From positions 28,010-92,009 of the forward strand of contig JAQBRI010000009.1 of assembly GCA_028286585.1 (NCBI GenBank): DNA of 64,000 nt, read 5' to 3'. The position numbers and the translations under genes are program-made. Shown in pieces: positions 58,921 to 64,000 of this stretch (within the stretch, counting starts at the first letter, position 1; each line of letters starts with the position of its first letter). Source of the stretch: Candidatus Kaiserbacteria bacterium (GTDB lineage Bacteria; Patescibacteriota; Minisyncoccia; Phycocordibacterales; UBA2100). Below the pieces are notes generated by a model, which saw only the letters and a program-made list of their open reading frames with translations, did not search any database and was not told the DNA's origin.

Positions 58921-59655
58921 ATGAGTGACCTGGATCTCTCTGCCGAGCTGAACGCCTTCATTGAGAAGGTAGGTGTCAAAAACGGTTTCGAGCTCAGTAA
59001 CCTGCCCGAGAACGCGCTGTTCGAAATTCATACGCGGAACAGCGTGTACACCATCGTCGTCCTCGATCCTCAAAACGGCGCCATCGCGCTTATGGGCTCA
59101 CGGCCTGATTACAAGGAACCCGACATCTTTGCCTTTTTCGGTTCATCCTTTGGGATGAGCACGTCGGTAACCAGAGTCGGCTGGGTTGGCATCGGTCTTC
59201 ATTTCCGTATGCGATCACTGGATGGTGGACTTTTCACGACCACCGAGGTCAAGCATTTCGTAATGCTCAATGATCCAAGCAAGGCGCTCAGTATCAGAAA
59301 GAGGGCGGAAGCGAAACGTCCTGACGCCCTGATACCTGAGACCGAAGATGAACTAGCTCTGTGGCAAAAGAATTTCGATAAAGAGATCGAGTCCAACTTC
59401 GCAGGAGAATATCTTCCAATCGTGCAGAAGTGGCTTGCCAAGTTCTGCATAAATGGCAAATGCAGGGCGGCGACATTCTTCTTTGCAGCCAAAAGCGCCG
59501 GCAGGCTCAAAGAGGCACTTCTTCTTATGCCTCGTCACTACAAAGAGCATTGGATGTACAAGCATCCAGATATTTGCGGTGACTTGATAACACCATCGGA
59601 CACCTACCAGTGGGAAAAGGCTTACAAGGAAGCGGGCATTCCAGCTCCCTCGTAA
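58921..59655 (+). CDS. Hypothetical protein (244 aa), compositionally GC-richer than neighbours
   Basis: ORF with codon usage visibly richer in G/C-ending codons (ctg, gag, ttc, aac); followed by two strong terminators. Confidence 0.45.
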   Translation: MSDLDLSAELNAFIEKVGVKNGFELSNLPENALFEIHTRNSVYTIVVLDPQNGAIALMGSRPDYKEPDIFAFFGSSFGMSTSVTRVGWVGIGLHFRMRSLDGGLFTTTEVKHFVMLNDPSKALSIRKRAEAKRPDALIPETEDELALWQKNFDKEIESNFAGEYLPIVQKWLAKFCINGKCRAATFFFAAKSAGRLKEALLLMPRHYKEHWMYKHPDICGDLITPSDTYQWEKAYKEAGIPAPS

Positions 59656-59681
59656 CTTCAAACCCTGAATTGTGAACCTAG

Positions 59682-59713
59682 AATCCGCGCAAGAAATTGC
59701 GCGGATTATTTTT
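59682..59713 (+). terminator. Rho-independent terminator
   Basis: AATCCGCGC-aagaaatt-GCGCGGATT followed by ATTTTTG. Confidence 0.75.
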
Positions 59714-59913
59714 GTAATTATATGTAACTTGACAAGTGTTATACATATGTCATTATGAAATATATGAATCACTTAATGCGCAGAATTATTACATGTAATT
59801 CCACCTACTCCAGTGGGTTGTCTTTTGCTATGCAGAATGACAAAAACACCATGTTTATATTCAGCCGTGATTTCTCTACTCAATCGTAAAGCAAGACGAT
59901 ACCAAAATTAGAA

Positions 59914-59949
59914 AGACCTCGGCTGAATAAAAGCCGAGGTCTTTTATTT
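59914..59949 (+). terminator. Rho-independent terminator (second, 200 bp downstream)
   Basis: AGACCTCGGCT-gaataaa-AGCCGAGGTCT followed by TTTTATTT. Confidence 0.7.
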
Positions 59950-59989
59950 AGCAGAACAAAAATGCTCTTTCATATAAGGATATTCAAAG

Positions 59990-60571
59990 ATGAGCGACAT
60001 CGTATTTAGACAAGGTAAGCGTGTATTGCTTCGCCCATTGGAGCGAGCAGACATCCCTACCCTTCGGCGGTGGATGAATGATCCCGAGATAACCCAGTTC
60101 CTGATGCGAGCCTTTCCACTCATGGAAAAAGAGGAGGAGGAATGGATCGAGAACAAGCACATGAACCAGAATGATGTTGCTTTGGGAATCGTTACGGTTG
60201 AGAATAAGAAACTCATCGGCTCGATAGGACTCCACGGTATCAACTGGCAACATCGCACAGCAACAACTGGCACTGTACTTGGCGAAAAGGAATGTTGGGG
60301 AAAGGGTTACGGAACTGAAGCAAAAATGCTTCTGCTTGATTTTGCCTTCAATACCCTCGACCTGTACGGTGTTGTCTCTCGTGTTCTCTCCCACAACGGG
60401 CGCAGTCTCGCATATGGAAAAAAGTGCGGATACGAAGAAGTCGGCCGATTACCGCAATGGATACGCAGACAAAACGGTGAGCGGTGCGACGAAGTACTAC
60501 TCATCGTTACGCAAGAAAAGTGGGGGCCATTGTGGCAGGAATATCTAAAAAATAGAAAAGCTGCCGAATAA
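59990..60571 (+). CDS. GNAT-family N-acetyltransferase (RimL/RimJ-like)
   Basis: VLLRPLERADIPTLRRWMNDPEI N-terminal pattern and GKGYGTEA acetyl-CoA-binding loop (Q/RxxGxG/A). Confidence 0.75.
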   Translation: MSDIVFRQGKRVLLRPLERADIPTLRRWMNDPEITQFLMRAFPLMEKEEEEWIENKHMNQNDVALGIVTVENKKLIGSIGLHGINWQHRTATTGTVLGEKECWGKGYGTEAKMLLLDFAFNTLDLYGVVSRVLSHNGRSLAYGKKCGYEEVGRLPQWIRRQNGERCDEVLLIVTQEKWGPLWQEYLKNRKAAE

Positions 60572-60598
60572 GTACTTAGGGACGGTCACCACCGTCCC
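60569..60598 (+). terminator. Rho-independent terminator after GNAT gene
   Basis: GGGACGGT-cacc-ACCGTCCC followed by TTTTTTTATTT. Confidence 0.75.
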
Positions 60599-60628
60599 TT
60601 TTTTATTTCTTAATATTATATTTGGCAA

Positions 60629-62635
60629 TTACTCTAAAACTTCTTGAACGATTCCTTGTACAGAATCACCTTCTTCAGGAATTATAGGTTGATGACTTTT
60701 GTTGGTACTTTTTGGTAACAAAATTCTGCGTCCATCTTTTTTGTCATACATTTTAATAGTCACGTTATCACCAAGCAATGCAACTACCCTATCACCAGTT
60801 TCTCCTTTTTCCGCAAATCTACACAGAACCAGATCTCCATCATTTATGCCTGCCAAGTCCATAGAATCCCCGTTCGCACGCAGTATAAAGTAAGTGGCAC
60901 CTGCCCTAAGTTTCGACTTTGGAACCATTATTTCATCTTCAATATTTTCTTCTCCGAGCAAGGGACTTCCGCACGGTGCCGAACCCACGATCGGCACTTG
61001 AACCATTGCAACCGTAATTGGAGATTTTATAGGTTGATACTCGTTATCTGATAAAACCGCCTGCTTATCGGAAAACATTGACGAAAAATATTTTCTTAAT
61101 TCCTCATCCACAACATAAACAAATGTGCCTTTTATTCCTCGTGTTAACAATGTCTTATAGATATTTGTAATATATCCCTTGAGTTCTTCAGGGTCCGATA
61201 TTGATCTCTTCCCGTTAATATCTTTGTATTTCTTTTCATCAATAATAATGCGTTTTGCTATTGGATCATATGAAAATTCAGGTCCTATGATTACGCCGGT
61301 GTAATTTAGATCATATCCCTGTACAGTGTGAATACATCCAACTTCATTTAGAGAGTTTTTTGAATTAACCCAATCTATATTCGTGCTATTCCAGGTAAGT
61401 TGTAAGCCATCAATCTCGATATCATGACCCGGTTTGTTTCCTTTTGTTTTCCACGACCAGGCATATCCTGCAACGAGACGCGCTAATTTATGCTCTGCGT
61501 CCTTGGTTTTGATATCTTCAACCATATCGCGAATTGAGTCGTACATTTTAAATTCATAGTTTGAAAATCGAGGCTGTTCTACATGACGGCCTTCAAGTAA
61601 ATTGTCTACGAATCGCAAATAATCTTCACCTGCATTGATACGCATCTGGCTTACCAATTCAAACTCTTTTGCATCAAGTTTAGAAAAATCTGTAGCTTGT
61701 ACGTCTCCCGGGACGACATTTTGTTTTTTGTCGTAGAAGAATATTTGTTTTTTAGAGCACTTCATTACCCAATCAAGCTGTGTACCTTCCTTTGCCAGGC
61801 CTAACGCACGATTCGTTTGATCATAGGAGCCAAAGTTTGCTAGATTTACTCTTCGTCGAAGCCTATGTGCTTCATCAACAATAAGTAAATCATATTCTTT
61901 TTTCACAACATCACTCGGTCCAATCACCATTTCGACCCCAAGACCTGGAACTCTTTTTACTACTCTTTGTAGTGTTGCTCGTAAACCTGTCATTGGAACA
62001 ACAAGGGCAATCTTAAGATGACTTGTTTCCGAGGTTTCCTTAAGATGTTTGAGCAAATACATTGCGAGTATCGATTTACCAGTACCCGGATTACCATGGA
62101 CGATATGGGTCGAAACTTTATTTGCTTTTATACTTTCCTCGAGTGCTGTTGCAACTTCAAGCTGATCTTCTGTAAGTGCTTTATATGGAGAGTACTTAAA
62201 AAACTCACTGTTTTTTATCGAATGTAAATCTTCTTTAACGAGCCCGAGTTCTTGTAGTTTTGGCCATATAACATCCAATTTGGCTTGATATTTTTCCTTT
62301 TCGAAATAGTTATGATTTATTAAACCACCATTCCCATTTTGCAGTTTAAATACACCATCAGCAGAAACATATTGGATAAGTAAGGATTCGAAATCAAAGG
62401 CAGAGGAAAGATTAAATTCTTCATCTGTAAGTACGTGGATTCTTTTTAAGCGACGTCTATTCTCATTAAGGTCGTAATGTTGTTTACTTCTTGAGTAAAG
62501 AGTGGTCGTCTGTCCAATATACATCTCACTACCATTTTCTTGGATGTATACGACTGGCCAATTTAGGCCATAGTGAAAATCTCTGAGTTTATCAAAGTCT
62601 TTGCGATCAAAGGGGAAAGTTTTGATCTCTACCAT
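60629..62635 (-). CDS. Three-domain fusion: N-terminal GIY-YIG-like nuclease motif, central DUF2075/SF1-helicase-like P-loop ATPase, C-terminal UmuD/LexA-type S24 self-cleaving peptidase domain
   Basis: PVVYIQENGSEMYIGQTTTLYSRSKQH (GIY..YIG..R..H). HIVHGNPGTGKSILAMYLL (Walker A), LLIVDEAHRL (Walker B/DEAH-like), CIHTVQGYDLNYTGVIIGPEF (SF1 motif VI-like, typical of DUF2075). C-terminal SAPCGSPLLGEENIEDEIMVPKSKLRAGATYFILRANGDSMDLAGINDGDLVLCRF...VTIKMYDKKDGRRILLP aligns with UmuD (QCG/[50 protein letters not shown]...FTVKKLQ), including the Cys-Gly cleavage site, Ser (GDSM) and Lys (TIKMY) dyad. Confidence 0.65.
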   Translation of the reverse strand: MVEIKTFPFDRKDFDKLRDFHYGLNWPVVYIQENGSEMYIGQTTTLYSRSKQHYDLNENRRRLKRIHVLTDEEFNLSSAFDFESLLIQYVSADGVFKLQNGNGGLINHNYFEKEKYQAKLDVIWPKLQELGLVKEDLHSIKNSEFFKYSPYKALTEDQLEVATALEESIKANKVSTHIVHGNPGTGKSILAMYLLKHLKETSETSHLKIALVVPMTGLRATLQRVVKRVPGLGVEMVIGPSDVVKKEYDLLIVDEAHRLRRRVNLANFGSYDQTNRALGLAKEGTQLDWVMKCSKKQIFFYDKKQNVVPGDVQATDFSKLDAKEFELVSQMRINAGEDYLRFVDNLLEGRHVEQPRFSNYEFKMYDSIRDMVEDIKTKDAEHKLARLVAGYAWSWKTKGNKPGHDIEIDGLQLTWNSTNIDWVNSKNSLNEVGCIHTVQGYDLNYTGVIIGPEFSYDPIAKRIIIDEKKYKDINGKRSISDPEELKGYITNIYKTLLTRGIKGTFVYVVDEELRKYFSSMFSDKQAVLSDNEYQPIKSPITVAMVQVPIVGSAPCGSPLLGEENIEDEIMVPKSKLRAGATYFILRANGDSMDLAGINDGDLVLCRFAEKGETGDRVVALLGDNVTIKMYDKKDGRRILLPKSTNKSHQPIIPEEGDSVQGIVQEVLE

Positions 62636-62637
62636 AT

Positions 62638-63003
62638 CTACAACTGTGTATACTTTGTGTGCCGCCCTTTGGCCTTTGCTACCGGGTATTTCTCACCATT
62701 TTTCTTCATCTTTTTTTCAAGTGCATCAGAAATATCAATTTTAAGATCATTACACATTAGCAGTACCCAATAGAATACATCGGCTAACTCTTCGGCAACA
62801 TCTTCTTTATTTGTCTTTATGTGTGCCTCCATTTCTTCTTTATTTTTCCATTGAAAATGTTCCATGACTTCGGCAGCCTCTAAAACCAAGGAAATGGCTG
62901 TGTCTTTTGGGTTATGAAATTGTTTCCAATCACGAGCGTCACGAAATGAGACCACGAGCTTTTTGAGCTCCGCAAGGCTCTTTTGGGTCTTTTTTGTCGT
63001 CAT
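62638..63003 (-). CDS. MazG-like nucleoside triphosphate pyrophosphohydrolase
   Basis: LEAAEVMEHFQW and EELADVFYWVLLMCNDLKIDISDALEKKMKKNGEKYP are the EExxE...ExxD all-alpha NTP-PPase (MazG) motifs; 121 aa. Confidence 0.7.
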   Translation of the reverse strand: MTTKKTQKSLAELKKLVVSFRDARDWKQFHNPKDTAISLVLEAAEVMEHFQWKNKEEMEAHIKTNKEDVAEELADVFYWVLLMCNDLKIDISDALEKKMKKNGEKYPVAKAKGRHTKYTQL

Positions 63004-63076
63004 AGATAGTCAAATAATACTCTTTTTATGAGATAAAGCTAAAGTGTATTCATAATGATGACTGACCCTATTTCTC

Positions 63077-64000
63077 CTAGTATTTCGTACCGATATATAT
63101 ACCGTAGGTACCATAGCATTGATATCCGCCCTTGCCTTTGTGGGGGCGCATGGACGAGTCATGATTATTTCGAGTGAAGCGTTTACCACAAACACCGCAC
63201 TTAAAGATATACTTTAACCCTCCAGAAAAACGTTGCCCTTGTGGACGAAGTGTACGGACAGTCTGCATACGGGGCGCTCTCGGGGCTTTCTCCGGTTTGT
63301 TTGGATCAAACAAGTATCGATCTTCCGGTATTTCACCCGACTTCGACAGTTCAATCGGATACTGCGGTATAAATTTCACATCTGTATTTTCCAGCGTTTC
63401 CACCTTGTCGGAAATGAAGCTACGCATCCCAGGTGGATTGGTGCCTCCACTTTTGTTGTACGCAAAAAAATACTCACGTTCGCTCCCGTCCCTCTTCTGC
63501 ATGTACTTGAGCGAGTACGGCTCCACAGTGCGGTCCGCACCGTTATAGCGGAAGCGCAGAAGCGTTTGGGTACGTGCTGCGTGCATAATAGTAGCGCGAT
63601 GATCAGCATTGAAATAGGCGAATTGGGCGAAGCCGCTGTCAGAATATCCTGCGAACAGCAGTTCTAGATCTGTGGTAAATGCGATGATTGCATCCTCGAC
63701 ACCAATTAAGAATTCCTTGGCACACACCACAGACTTTGCCCATTCCTGCCGATAGTAGTCAAAACCGGTTTTCAACAGGATGCTTTTGAGTACAAAAGGA
63801 TTTCGAGAGAAGATTGTTTTTTGTATTAGCGTGCGCATCACTTCTCCCCTGTCGAGGCTGCCACCCAACTTCTGAATGGAGTAAGCATAGTCAAAAAGAT
63901 CTGGCGCGTGCTGGCGCTGCATCATACATTTCAGCTTTGTGGCGATAATCTCTTCGAGCTTCATACAGCGAATAGTGCATGCCACCTCTTCCGCATCCGA
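63077..64000 (-). CDS. AbiEii/DUF1814-like nucleotidyltransferase-family protein (3' portion; ORF continues upstream beyond window end) with C-terminal Cys/His zinc-ribbon-like tail
   Basis: No stop between the listed Met (63985) and window end (SDAEE precedes it in frame). KLEEIIATKLKCMMQRQHAPDLFDYAYS resembles the conserved ExxxAEKLxAxxxR..xRDLYDL motif of AbiEii-type NTases. C-terminal CGVCGKRFTRNNHDSSMRPH. Confidence 0.35.
   Translation of the reverse strand, partial: SDAEEVACTIRCMKLEEIIATKLKCMMQRQHAPDLFDYAYSIQKLGGSLDRGEVMRTLIQKTIFSRNPFVLKSILLKTGFDYYRQEWAKSVVCAKEFLIGVEDAIIAFTTDLELLFAGYSDSGFAQFAYFNADHRATIMHAARTQTLLRFRYNGADRTVEPYSLKYMQKRDGSEREYFFAYNKSGGTNPPGMRSFISDKVETLENTDVKFIPQYPIELSKSGEIPEDRYLFDPNKPEKAPRAPRMQTVRTLRPQGQRFSGGLKYIFKCGVCGKRFTRNNHDSSMRPHKGKGGYQCYGTYGIYIGTKY

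Overview
The window is a gene-dense bacterial segment of about 42-45% GC, with short intergenic spacers and frequent 4-25 bp gene overlaps. The gene content is consistent with a reduced-genome, cell-surface-specialised organism, possibly of the CPR/Saccharibacteria type; that assignment is inference only. Type IV pili, giant surface proteins, glycogen-type alpha-glucan enzymes, a self-contained dTMP/folate module and very few biosynthetic genes all fit that picture.

Contents from start to end:
- 1-2 kb: a flavin-based membrane redox pair, made of a secreted FMN-binding protein and a polytopic membrane protein fused to an FNR-type FAD/NAD module.
- 2-6 kb: housekeeping and membrane genes, namely an SPFH protein, an ABC-2 exporter and small hypothetical proteins.
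- 6.5-13.2 kb: a thymidylate/folate cluster with DHFR, a CofE-like ligase, dCMP deaminase, thymidylate synthase, dUTPase and SHMT, plus two tandem HIT-family paralogs.
- 14-20.8 kb: an alpha-glucan/glycolysis-entry block with a ROK kinase, PGI/PMI, a GH15 glucoamylase-like enzyme, GH57 and a glycogen-synthase-like glycosyltransferase.
- 20.9-27.4 kb: a type IV pilus locus with a major pilin, four pilin-like or minor-pilin genes (one a 506-aa LVIVD beta-propeller protein), PilC and the PilB ATPase. A triple-palindrome divergent control region follows it.
- 27.5-36.6 kb: miscellaneous genes (FAD-linked oxidase, VIT-like, NUDIX, a SET-domain protein, HisRS, a DEDDy exonuclease, tRNA-Phe, tRNA-Arg, glutaredoxin, a peptidoglycan-binding secreted protein and others).
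- 36.6-56.8 kb, dominant feature: a 17.8-kb gene for a 5941-aa surface protein. It has a signal-anchor, a Ser/Thr-rich region, about 3200 aa of Gly-rich GLUG-like repeats, 21 FN3 domains (19 near-identical), a poly-Gly linker and a C-terminal type-I dockerin. Immediately downstream are two membrane-anchored proteins with cohesin-like domains, and a MarR regulator lies immediately upstream. I read this as a candidate dockerin-cohesin giant-adhesin anchoring system.
- 57.5-64 kb: a putative accessory/defense island. It contains a GC-richer orphan gene and GNAT, then an operon of an AbiEii-like NTase (partial, runs off the window), a MazG-like NTP pyrophosphohydrolase, and an unusual fusion of a GIY-YIG nuclease, a DUF2075/SF1-like ATPase and a UmuD/LexA-type S24 self-cleaving peptidase domain.

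No CRISPR array and no rRNA were seen. All calls are from reading the sequence and ORF translations by eye; no searches were run.
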